DNA from: Lytechinus pictus
Lineage: Eukaryota
NCBI RefSeq assembly: GCF_037042905.1
Contig: NC_087251.1
Location: forward strand, 21,576,001-21,640,000
Reading direction: 5' to 3'
DNA: 64,000 bases
The notes under the pieces: generated by a model
Told to the model about the DNA's origin: nothing
The model's database searches: none
Seen by the model: the letters and a program-made list of their open reading frames with translations, nothing else
Made by a program: the position numbers and the translations under genes
Shown here: positions 1 to 11,212 of the stretch, piece after piece
How positions within the stretch are numbered: position 1 is the stretch's first letter
How the letters are laid out: every line of letters begins with the position of its first letter

Positions 1-140
1 CCTGTTGACTTCCCAAATCACCTTCGTGAATACACACACACAGCGAGCTCTCACACACACTTTCCCATCGCACTCATGAAGCGTAGCGTTAACGAACTGG
101 CACACCACTGACTCGCGACCAGGCGAACAGCGAACTTCAT

Positions 141-155
141 TTGACCAATCAGGTG
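141..155 (+). promoter_or_regulatory. Putative proximal promoter: NF-Y CCAAT box with abutting E-box
   Basis: TTGACCAATCAG fits the NF-Y consensus (CCAAT 145-149) and overlaps CAGGTG (150-155), ~370 bp upstream of the ATG. A second E-box CAGCTG is at 365-370. Confidence 0.5.
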
Positions 156-523
156 AGAGCTTATGACCGTCTGGTCTCGTGTCGTGTAATATCGTACATC
201 CCAGCGATCTGATATTAAACTGCTATGTGTCTCATCTCTTGTCACTTTCCTTGCAGCTTTCTCGAGAATCAGCAGTATTCTCACATCACGCTTAGCTCTC
301 TTGACTGGAGCTCAAATCACTGTTGCTGCACTCTTTGACTTTTCACATTTTTTTTGCTGCAATACAGCTGCATAGGATTCCTCAAGTGCAACCGAATCAC
401 TATTTTCGTTGCAATATTCTTGAATTTATTTTTGTGTATAGTTTACGGACAGACACCTGTATTTTAATTTTATCTCTTCAAGACACTTTAACTTGGTGCT
501 ATTTTACCTCAAACGTCTGCAAT

Positions 524-1972
524 ATGCCTCGAAACTTTCTTGTAAAACGGACCAAACGGACTGGCAGCGTGACATACAGACAGAGAACTTCTGATGATGA
601 GTTTGATGATCTTGGCTTTGTGGATGGTGATCTGACTGATGCTTACATCCGACCTTTTAATTCACCAGATTCCGGTTATAGTCAGAGTCCAGTAGCTCCT
701 ATCAGCCACAAGGATCCATCGTTGGCATTCCAGTTCGACCGAGATGCTGCTGTTCGATCACCGAATGTTCTCCAGGCATCTGGTCCTGCACTTCCCTCGT
801 CTCATATACCCTTAACCCCGTGTTTCACGACTGGATACACCGCCACCACCATCACCTCCCCTGTAACTCCCAACATTAAGCTGACTTTAAGTGCTCCTCC
901 AGCCCTGGGCACCAAGCGACCCAACTCAGATTCAGACCACAAGTCACATCGAGCTAAGAAACCCAAAGCAGCTAGAAAGTTAACCTTTGAGGAAGACAAC
1001 CGTTCCCCTGTTCACGGCACAATCATTCGAGAGGAAATCGATGTCGGCAGCAAGTCAAATGCTCTTGGAAGGACCAATGATCAGAACGGAACAAAACTAG
1101 GAGGAGACTTTTTGTGTAAACTTTGCAAAGAAAGTTACCCGGATCCGCTTTCTCTTGCCCAACATAAATGTTCCTGTATAGTCCATGTCGAGTATCGGTG
1201 CCCAGAATGCGATAAAGTCTTCAACTGCCCTGCAAACTTGGCTTCACATCGGCGATGGCATAAGCCCAAACCAGCCAACAACACCAATAGCAGTCAAAAC
1301 AGGTCGACCCCAACGAACTCTCCCCGGATCTTACCGGCAGGTGGGGCCAAAGATGCCCTTAAACATTACCCAACCACCGTCCTCAACATTCCCGATACAA
1401 CAAGGAAGGGTGATAGTGGGAGCGAAGGAAGCATTAGCAGGGGTAGCACACCAAGTCCCCTCCACCACCTGTTCCCTACATCTATGGACACTCCTCGTAG
1501 CACTCCTAGCCCCAATGTCGCCCACATTAACAACAACAACGATACGAAAACTGGTAATGGTGGCGACATGCTCTACCACTGCGACCAGTGTGGACGCAAA
1601 TTCCGCAGACCAGCCAATCTTCGTCGCCACATGCAACAACATGGAGAAGATGAAACATTTCCCTGCCAATACTGTGGACGTGTTTTCAACAGCCTGACGA
1701 GCAGAGCCAAACACGTCTTGACCCATGCCGTCAACAACAACATTGTGAGCAACCACAGCAACCGAGAATGCAGCGACAGTTACGACGAGAGAGTTTCCCT
1801 GGACCGTCTTGGGAAACTTCAGCAAAATGGCTTACCGGGTGAGATGTACCCTTGTAAGTACTGCGCCAGTATCTTCCCAACCTCACCGGGCCTTACCCGA
1901 CATATCAACAAGATGCATCCATCAGAGAATCGACAGGTGATCCTCCTACAAATGCCTACTCTTCGCACGTAA
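524..1972 (+). CDS. INSM1: Insulinoma-associated protein (INSM/IA-1) family SNAG-domain zinc-finger transcription factor, single exon, 482 aa
   Basis: ATG at 524 gives the N-terminal SNAG motif MPRNFLVK. Also present: KKPKAARKLTFEED..SPV motif; the diagnostic finger pair CKLCKESYPDPLSLAQHKC..VEYRCPECDKVFNCPANLASHRRWHKP; three further C2H2 fingers; and C-terminal SPGLTRHINKMHPSENRQVILLQ matching the INSM1 C-terminus. The ORF-track start at 323 is TTG and is rejected because SNAG must be N-terminal. The gene is likely co-orthologous to vertebrate INSM1/2. Confidence 0.96.
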   Translation: MPRNFLVKRTKRTGSVTYRQRTSDDEFDDLGFVDGDLTDAYIRPFNSPDSGYSQSPVAPISHKDPSLAFQFDRDAAVRSPNVLQASGPALPSSHIPLTPCFTTGYTATTITSPVTPNIKLTLSAPPALGTKRPNSDSDHKSHRAKKPKAARKLTFEEDNRSPVHGTIIREEIDVGSKSNALGRTNDQNGTKLGGDFLCKLCKESYPDPLSLAQHKCSCIVHVEYRCPECDKVFNCPANLASHRRWHKPKPANNTNSSQNRSTPTNSPRILPAGGAKDALKHYPTTVLNIPDTTRKGDSGSEGSISRGSTPSPLHHLFPTSMDTPRSTPSPNVAHINNNNDTKTGNGGDMLYHCDQCGRKFRRPANLRRHMQQHGEDETFPCQYCGRVFNSLTSRAKHVLTHAVNNNIVSNHSNRECSDSYDERVSLDRLGKLQQNGLPGEMYPCKYCASIFPTSPGLTRHINKMHPSENRQVILLQMPTLRT

Positions 1973-3183
1973 GTCTGTGATCATAGTGATTGGAACACTT
2001 AATGAATCAATCACAGAATAGTCAATACGAACTATGAATAGAAAATTATCATACTCACCTCTTAGTATTTATTATGACAGAGAATTGGACAACATTAAAT
2101 GTTTTTAAGAAATTAACTTTACATATAAAATGTATTTTTGCATACTTGAAGTCGAAATTGTCATGAATATGTTAATAATGTTGGGAATGCTCGTTATGGT
2201 GCCTAAAACATGTTTTACAAGCATGGCAAGAGAAAACAAATCATATTTTATTACTGCATAACTTGCCCAAGTCCATATTACGCACTTCAGATTATATTTC
2301 TTTGATTAAGTTATATTCGTAATTTTACGCACTCATACATTCATTGATAGATGACTAGAGTAATATATTTTTTTCTTCTTTACCATAACCTTGCTTGTTT
2401 CATGCCAAAATTTCATATCTTTATGTAGATGAAGATAAGTATGAATAATTTTTTTTAAAGCAACAAAGCTGATACGTTGTTGATTAATCGTTTTTATTTT
2501 GATACAGAAGGTAGGTAAGAGAATTTTGAATGATGAAACTCGTTAATTATTCAATGTTATTTCCTGATCATGATTCATTAAAAATACATTATCGGTAATG
2601 ACGATCTTCGCACAAAATACTAAGTTGTGTGCTGTTTGTATAAAAGTTGTCAAAGATGCTGTACTTTTCATTTTGTCTCTTTAACTTTACGGTAGGTTTC
2701 TCTTATGTGAGCCACTCTACCCACAATACAAATTGTGCTTATGAAGTTTTGGCATGTAATCATGCCGTCTTGTTCTACATTCCGATATCCATTATGCTTT
2801 GCCAACAAATCTATAAAAACTTTCCATAACTTCATTACAGCTTCATGGCAACACTGCTCAAAAGTGAAGGTTTCCCCATATTTTTTTAGTGTTCTTTGGT
2901 AAATCAGAGGTATTTGTTTCACAGCAAATTGTTTTGCGTCAACCTTCAATGTTGAATGTTTGCTCCGTCGAAATTGAATATTTAATATTTCAGATTGAAT
3001 TATCAATCAAAACTCATCAAAAAGGTGGAATATATACGTGGTGATTATGATACAGCCCACACAAGCAGGATCCTACCCGTTTAATTGTCATTCATTAAAA
3101 TTTCAAATGCAATAGGGCGCTTAACCGTAAAATTGTTGCATAGAAATAATTGTTCACATGTAAGTTCTAATAATGGGAATAAA
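1973..3183 (+). other. Probable AT-rich 3' UTR of INSM; 3' end uncertain
   Basis: AT-rich sequence follows the TAA. The first canonical AATAAA seen is at 3178-3183, but variant signals occur earlier. Confidence 0.35.
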
Positions 3184-5768
3184 AAATTTAATGATTGTTT
3201 GATCTAAGGCGGGGATGGCTTCGTATTATCCATTTCATTTAATTATGCTTAACATGTTCTTGTGCAATTTAGCCAGCTAGCATTTTATACCAAACCTTCT
3301 TTAAAGAAATTCCTTAAGATTGTTTGATAATTATGAAATCACTCGCTGAATGAGACAGATATATTTATATTTCCCACGGTGCAATAATTCTTCATGGTAC
3401 CGTAGATATAAATCTACGCAAAATATGTTCATGATGTCCTCCATAAAGATTCACAGACGTTCGTAAATGTTTATAGTCGGTGGTCGGACAAGATTTCGTT
3501 TCGCTCGTCTATCTAATCCGCACAGTGAACATGTCTTACTGTCAATAAGAGAAAAGGGAGTGCAAAAGTGCACTGGGTTGATCCTTTGTCTAGGCAAGCT
3601 ATCCCCGGACACAAAACGAGCCCACGCCAAAGTTACGGGTACATTGGCTTGTTAACAGAGCAGTGAACGCACGGAAAAACCCAAACAAAGAGGACGTTGA
3701 AGAACGCGCCTTCAACTGAATTCGCTATACGTTCAAGATTACTGCAATGAAATTGCCTTTGTCACAGGGGAAATGTATAAATCTTTATGTCTGTCATATT
3801 TTTGTTTTCGACTCGCTTACATTCCATTGGTTGATATAGTGGTATTTCACTCTCCAATTGTCGTCAGATGTGATTGGATTGTTTTATTCGTTGTCGTGCC
3901 CTTGCCATTTCATGTCAAACAATTAATGTATTACTTTTGTTTGTATAGGTTTTCTTTTGTTGGACACAATAGGCCTAAGTGCAAGAATTAGTATATTGAC
4001 AATATTATTCGCAATTATATGATATTCATCGCTTACGGGAGTTTTCTAATTATTTATTTAATTTTTGTATTGAATTTTAATTTCAATCCAAGTCTCCTTA
4101 TTTCCTCTATTTATTAAGTTGTGCTATTTCAGATTTTCTTAGTTCGCTGTTTAGTTTATATTTTGATTAAAGCATTTCAGTCTGCCTTGATGTTTGACAA
4201 CTTAAGTATTTTACTCACACATTCCATCAGAATGTCATTTTCTCTTTATTTTTTTCTTATAAAACCACAGTAGCCTTCAAATTGCAAAATGACCAGAAAA
4301 CCACTCCGGTTAAAATGGCCAAGAAGTTTACCCTTTTTTGTGCCGATTTTAACCAGAGGGTGCGTACGCATTCACTGTGCCTATTTTAGCCACGATATTT
4401 TGGCCTACTTTGATTAGATTTAGCAAAACACACAAAAGATATGAGCCTTATTAGTGATAATTGCACATAGACACGCTGGTAACACCATCGTGTGTTGCCT
4501 CTATTTCATTAAAAGCAAATATCTCAATCGGAAAAATGTCTATCTGATTATGATAATTCGTTAAATCTGAATATTTGTGTAAATCAAATATTGTATGTTT
4601 AAGGAATACAAAAGATTTCAACAATATATTTTGTAAAAAGAAAAAAAATGATAAATATAATTATATCTTAATCTACTTTCTGTCAGACTTGTGTATGCCT
4701 ATGTCACATATCGTATAAATTTTTGCCTTCTTATTGTAATGGAAAGAAAAAGTATGTAAAATTATGCTGTAATACAATGAAAATCTATATTATAACAAAA
4801 ATGGTTTGAATGGTTTTACCAAGTGTATCAGTACCGGTCACTTTTAGAAAAGATTTGAAAAAAAGAAATGTATTGGTGCAGTGCTTTACAGAGATACAAA
4901 TGAGACAAATGAATTTTAAATATCACATCAAAAAAAAATCAAATAATCATTTTGAGCAAAAACATTGTCCTGTTCTTCTACCGTATGACGCGGAAATTAC
5001 TCCGAATAAAATCTACTTGGGCAAATTGATGCAGAAAGGGGAATGTATAAGTGTTGATCCGAAGAAAAAAATAAAGCAAGTAATCTACTATATTCTAATG
5101 CCGATTATTCCAATTCGTTTTGGTTGCTGCCTTTTATTCTCATGCGCCCAACCATAGCTGCCATTATTTGATTCTTCTATTTTTCTTAATTATTATGTAA
5201 TCTCGAATTTGTCTACGTTTGTGTACAAAATTGAAAATCTGAGGCGTACAAGCAATTGCTGATAATGATGTATTATACTCGCAGATGTATATCATGGATT
5301 CCATATTATATCTATTAACTTATTGGACACATTCCAGGTTATTTATTTCAAAACACCTTGCGAATATTATTATTATTATTTGGTGCTGCAAGAAAAGGAT
5401 AGGAAAATAGGTTTTCCCCTTTCAGGGTGTTGAATGTTATTGATTTTAGCTTAACGACTGCGTAATTACTCATGTCTGGGATTTGCCAGAATATTGACGA
5501 TAATGTTTTAGTTGGTGTTATGTATGTATTTATTTTTAGTTAAGCAAAATTTTGTATTAGCTACTCATGTTAAAAGTGAGTAGCTGAATTATTTGATTTG
5601 TGTAATATGATATTTATGATTATGTTAATTGAATAAATTAATAAAGTTGAACTTTTTGGTGAATATTATGCTTATTTCAATATGTCGCTGATACTAAAAA
5701 TCGAGATTATTTTGCTACTGTATGGTACCAACAGTGAGCATGGGGTTGTTAAAAATGCTGAGATTGTT

Positions 5769-6127
5769 NNNNNNNNNNNNNNNNNNNNNNNNNNNNNNNN
5801 NNNNNNNNNNNNNNNNNNNNNNNNNNNNNNNNNNNNNNNNNNNNNNNNNNNNNNNNNNNNNNNNNNNNNNNNNNNNNNNNNNNNNNNNNNNNNNNNNNNN
5901 NNNNNNNNNNNNNNNNNNNNNNNNNNNNNNNNNNNNNNNNNNNNNNNNNNNNNNNNNNNNNNNNNNNNNNNNNNNNNNNNNNNNNNNNNNNNNNNNNNNN
6001 NNNNNNNNNNNNNNNNNNNNNNNNNNNNNNNNNNNNNNNNNNNNNNNNNNNNNNNNNNNNNNNNNNNNNNNNNNNNNNNNNNNNNNNNNNNNNNNNNNNN
6101 NNNNNNNNNNNNNNNNNNNNNNNNNNN
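5769..6127. other. Assembly gap
   Basis: Run of N followed by a GAT/GGT/GTT low-complexity tract. Confidence 0.99.
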
Positions 6128-6640
6128 GATGACAGTGATGTTTTTTTTTTTTTTTTGATGGTGGTGGTGGTGATTTTGATAATTATGATAATGATGCTGT
6201 AGATGATGCTGGAGATGATGAGAATGGTTTTGTTGTCGTGAGTATTGTGTTGTTGTTGTTGTTGGTGGTGATGGTGGTGGCGGTGGTGGTGGTGACGGTT
6301 ATGGTGGTGTTGGATGCAATGATTATTAACTTTAAAAAAATTATGGGGATGTACTAATGCATGATGATGAGATGACAATCATGACAATTGTGATGTTTAT
6401 TGAATGGCGATGAGAATTAAACCCTCAAATTCTTACCCTGTCGTAGTCTTCTACCGCTCATAATAACCAAATGACACTGATTAAGACTATGATAATGATG
6501 TTGATAGTGATAATGCTGAAAAGGGAGGTGATGATGGCAGTTACACAGCTTCTAAATGTGATAGTTCTTTGAAAAAAAAAGTAATGACAGTAATAAGACA
6601 ACGATTACGAAGATGCAAATTGACGATGACGACAATGGTT
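6128..6640. repeat. Degenerate trinucleotide (GAT/GGT/GTT) low-complexity region
   Basis: Visible triplet repeats between two gaps. Confidence 0.75.
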
Positions 6641-7102
6641 NNNNNNNNNNNNNNNNNNNNNNNNNNNNNNNNNNNNNNNNNNNNNNNNNNNNNNNNNNNN
6701 NNNNNNNNNNNNNNNNNNNNNNNNNNNNNNNNNNNNNNNNNNNNNNNNNNNNNNNNNNNNNNNNNNNNNNNNNNNNNNNNNNNNNNNNNNNNNNNNNNNN
6801 NNNNNNNNNNNNNNNNNNNNNNNNNNNNNNNNNNNNNNNNNNNNNNNNNNNNNNNNNNNNNNNNNNNNNNNNNNNNNNNNNNNNNNNNNNNNNNNNNNNN
6901 NNNNNNNNNNNNNNNNNNNNNNNNNNNNNNNNNNNNNNNNNNNNNNNNNNNNNNNNNNNNNNNNNNNNNNNNNNNNNNNNNNNNNNNNNNNNNNNNNNNN
7001 NNNNNNNNNNNNNNNNNNNNNNNNNNNNNNNNNNNNNNNNNNNNNNNNNNNNNNNNNNNNNNNNNNNNNNNNNNNNNNNNNNNNNNNNNNNNNNNNNNNN
7101 NN
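6641..7102. other. Assembly gap
   Basis: Run of N. Confidence 0.99.
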
Positions 7103-7139
7103 GATTATCACTATACATGTAGAACATAACTAGGCAATA

Positions 7140-7530
7140 CTGCGCTGCTCAAGCCGGCTTTTGCCTCGTAGCTAAGACGGCATCAAAGACAAGTTTGTGA
7201 CATTGGCCTTGTCCTTCCCCTTGGACTTGCAGTCAACGGTCTTGACCTGGGAGGTCAGAATCCCTTGTCCTTGGGGCCCTTACCTGGGCTTCGAGGTAGG
7301 CCTTTGGATGAGGCCTGGACCAGGCCAGGAAATATATACGTATATATTAACGAGACGGTAACAATAAGTCATTAGATCAAATATTTTCATGTAAAATCAT
7401 TTGTAGTGTTGTGATCCCCACGTTCGGCCTTGACCTCAAAGACGATCTTAGCCTGATCCTCAGTTGCCATAGGACGTGTGGTCATTGGTCTTGGTCTCGG
7501 GAGTCAATATCCCTTAGACTTGGCTTCGTC
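7140..7530. repeat. Degraded element with reiterated GGYCTTG/GGTCTCG motifs (possible old hAT subterminal repeats)
   Basis: Repeated ggccttg, gtccttg, ggtcttggtctcg motifs. No intact termini seen. Confidence 0.3.
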
Positions 7531-8993
7531 TTATTTTTTTCAAAGATATTGATAATGAAAGTCTTAGGCGAACTTTAATAAAAAAGAAAATGAAGAGGTC
7601 GGAAGGCTTCAAATGAGTGAATAAACTTAAACAAATACATATATACATTTTTAAGAAATGAATATCATATAACTATATGATTTAAAAATATCCAATTAAT
7701 TGATAGATTAGAGAATGCATTTAAACAATTATCATAATTGATGAAAACTATCAGATGGTTTTTGGAACGATAAATCAACTAATAAACAACTAAAATTATA
7801 CGAGATAGATCACATGAAAATCAAATGAGTGATATTTCTGCTGATTGAGAATTTCTAAGAATTCATTGACGAAACAGAATTGAAGGATAAACCTTTTTCT
7901 CTTTTTATAAAAATGTAATTCCTAAAATGGAAAGAATGTATGATGACTGAAAAGCACAGATACAAATTGCTTCCGTCGATGACGATAGCAGATTTGTAAA
8001 ATACAAAATGCCGCCAAATTAACAAATAGCTACCAAGGTAGAGACATAATGATGGGGCATTAGTGATGCTATTACAGTATCGGCATCATTGCTGGTGATT
8101 AATTGATTGCTTTGTAGCTATTAAGACTACTCCACAAATGAGTGTTTCAACGGTAGAACCGACAGAAACTAAATAATTCATATTCGACGCCTGCTATATT
8201 TCTCCTTCCCTTGAATTTTTTATCAAGTTTTATTTGTTCATCAATGATATGAATGCATTTATCAAGAACATAATGAATAATGAAAAAGGGCACGCCCTTT
8301 GTAGAACAGGAACAATAATTGTAAAATCACAAAAATTGAATTTATCATTATTTTTAACTTAAGTAATATACTCGAATATTCATTATTGTAGATTAATCTT
8401 TTTAATGATGCTTTCGATTTCACTTTGACAATACATCAGCTGTCAATAGGTCTAAAATGAAACAGTGGGACAGAAAGACCTATGAATAAATAAGACTGAT
8501 CATTAATTATACTGCCGTGACAGGCGAAGTTTTTCTATAACTTTGAAAAACTAAAGACTTGATCCGACTAACAATATCATTAGTGAAAAATTGTTTATCA
8601 AAGGCATGAAAAGTGTGCGATAGGAACGTGAAACCCCTTGTAATTACTTTCAGACAATTTTGTTTTATCAAGGAAGGCGCCCCTTGTGTTTTTTTTTGTA
8701 AATAGTAAAAAGAAAATAAACAGAAATAGAAAAAGGGAGAACAGGAAAGAAAGAAGATAATAAAATAGAGGTCTTGGCCATGTAATTCTATCATGGCAAT
8801 TGTGAAAAAAGAAATCTCCTTTGCAGAGCGTCAGCCCCCCCCCCCCAAAAAAAAAAAAGTGACATCAACCCTCGATTGCGTTGTAAACTTTGTTTTCCTC
8901 GATGTAAACTACATAATGTATATTATTGGCACAAAACAAATTTCTGGCACATTCCCGCCCCTACATCCCATTCATCGAAATAGCACCTTTATG

Positions 8994-9164
8994 CAGGGGC
9001 CACAGAACCAAGGGGGGGGGTTAGAGGTTCCGTACCCCATTTCTTTCAGTAACCATGCTCACAAAAGTAAAAATGACCATCAATATGAGACATCATGCAT
9101 GTAAAGCTCCCCTGCCTCCCACCCCTCACCCCCACCCCCCCCCCTACTTTCACTGTGTCCCCTG
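8994..9164. mobile_element. Short hAT-like MITE remnant
   Basis: Termini CAGGGGCCACAG...CTGTGTCCCCTG with internal poly-G/poly-C tracts. No clean TSD. Confidence 0.45.
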
Positions 9165-9511
9165 CCATGTTTTACTGATTACCAATAGCGTACTTTAACA
9201 TTCACTTCGCTGACACTTTTTGGAACGTTGAGAGTCTATTGAAAATGCCCGTCACATCACAATGGACAGGTTAGAGGTCATTGTCGAAAGTTGGTGGACC
9301 GGGACAGCACATCGTCTTAAGATTCGGAACGGACGAAAAATTGTGTTTAGGCTTAGGTTAGTGTTGGTTTATCTTTCTGAAAAGAACTATCGCAAATATT
9401 GCAAATATGTCGTTGTCCAGAGTACAGGGGTGTTTCATCACCGATTTTGTTTGACAAGTTGTCAGATCTGACAAATTTTCTTGATTTTGATTGGCTGAGA
9501 AGTACTGTTAC

Positions 9512-11212
9512 CACTGGTGTAAATCCGTGTTGAAGGGTGGGGGGATGACTGGAATATTTTGGTTTTTTTTTTTAGCAATCATGTTTTTAGATATGCAAGG
9601 AATTGTCATTGATATGTCCACAGTGGCGTACCGTGGGTCACGGCATTGGGGAGGGGGGCACCAGCAAAATGTTTGAATCACTGAGTGAGCGCACTCAGTT
9701 GCCAGTTATACTGACCTAATAGAGACATTTTCTGGACAATGTCATTAAACGGATATGCATCTCACTGATCAAATAATGCGAGCGCGAAGCGCGAGCTGAA
9801 TTTTTTTTATATTCACACTTAAAAAGAGACATTATAATCAAATTTGTGTAATCATGATAGGTACCATCTCACTAAACAATACGAGCGCGAAGGGCGAGCT
9901 GAAGTTTTCGTATATTTTGACCCCAAACAGCGAGATTTTGAGGAATATATTTTAGGAATCCATTAAGAGTATGCATATCTCACCATTGTCATCTAATGCG
10001 AGTGCCAAGCGCTTGCTGGTTTATAAAAATTACATCTGAACACATGAAACACTTTTTTTAGTCATTGCAATCATGATTATCATACGCATCTCACTAATCA
10101 AATATTGCAAGCGCGAAGCGCGAGCTGAAAATTTAGATAATTCAGACCTGAAGTGGGGCATTCTAAGGTTTCTTTGTAGGAATTAACTAGGACCATACGT
10201 ATTTCAATATCCAAATGATGCGAGCGCGAAGCGCGAGCTGAAAATTTTTGATATTCAGATCAGAAGGAGGGACATTTTAAGGACTGATTTTAGGATTTCA
10301 TGAAGAGCAGACATATCTCACCAATCCACTAATGCGAACGTAATCACGGACAGTAAAATGTTTCATATATACGAAGACCTTAACATGGGGCAATCACTTT
10401 TTGAGTCATGAAAAAGAAGCATATGTCACTTCATAAAACAATGATAACTCAAGTGCTAGGCAATATATTTGGTTTATATTGACTTGAAAACGGGATGTTT
10501 CAGTACAACAGGACTATATATCTCGTTAACAGACAATGCAAGCACCAGACCCTGGGCAAATTATGTTTCATGAAGTTATGATAAAAATGTTTCTTATGTA
10601 ATGTAACATAACATAATTATAATATAACATTATAATGAATAATATTTTCTTCTTTCCAACTATACGCTTCTCTTCCTTTCTCCCTCTTTTCTCCTTTTCC
10701 CCTTTTCCCCGTTTTTTTTGTCAGCCGATGGGGGGGGGGGGCACGTGCCCCCCATGCCCCCCCCCCCCCGTATAGTTACGCCACTGTATGTCCATATGGC
10801 AAATACCCCTCCAATATTATTATCTTTTTTACCCCATGATGGTTTAATGGTTTTATTAGAGATTACATTAAAAAAGAATTGACATTCCATCTTAATCCCT
10901 TCCCAAAGACCCCAACATTGATGAATTGGAAGAAACGGGAGTTTCTCTTCAATGTTATAATAAGGACATAAGTATTTCGTTTGGAAATGGTGAACTGGCT
11001 CTTTATTTGCATTTTATGATTCAATAATATTGTTTTATTTGTAGAGCGGTATTTCAGGAAGAATTTTCACCAATAAAACAATTATCTCCTGTGATTTTTT
11101 TTTTCATTTCTTTCGTAAAAAGTGGGGGGATGCATGTTTGTGCAGGCCATCCCCCCCTCCTCGAAAAGTGGGGGGGATATATCCCCCCATCCCCCCGGGA
11201 TTTACGCCAGTG
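9512..11212 (+). mobile_element. Non-autonomous hAT-like element (outer element of composite, copy 1)
   Basis: TIRs CACTGGTGTAAATCC / GGATTTACGCCAGTG. Perfect 8-bp TSD ACTGTTAC at 9504-9511 and 11213-11220. Confidence 0.92.
9621..10786 (+). mobile_element. Non-autonomous hAT-like element nested in the outer element (copy 1), with internal ~110-bp repeats
   Basis: TIRs CAGTGGCGTA / TACGCCACTG. Perfect 8-bp TSD TATGTCCA at 9613-9620 and 10787-10794. Confidence 0.92.

Noticed and set aside
323-523. 67-codon in-frame N-terminal extension of INSM in the ORF track
   Set aside because: It starts at TTG and has no recognisable homology. SNAG domains function at the extreme N-terminus, so ATG 524 is the start.
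802-1825. Overlapping antisense and alternate-frame ORFs within INSM
   Set aside because: Shadows of a GC-richer coding region with no recognisable domains.
3371-3378. Su(H)/CSL sites (also 11643, 12712, 17853, 25048)
   Set aside because: Scattered and unpaired. The number seen is not obviously above chance for 64 kb.
9778-10350. CRISPR-like appearance (palindromic repeat plus spacers)
   Set aside because: Eukaryotic context, no cas genes, ~90-bp mutually related spacers, and the array lies inside a TIR element.
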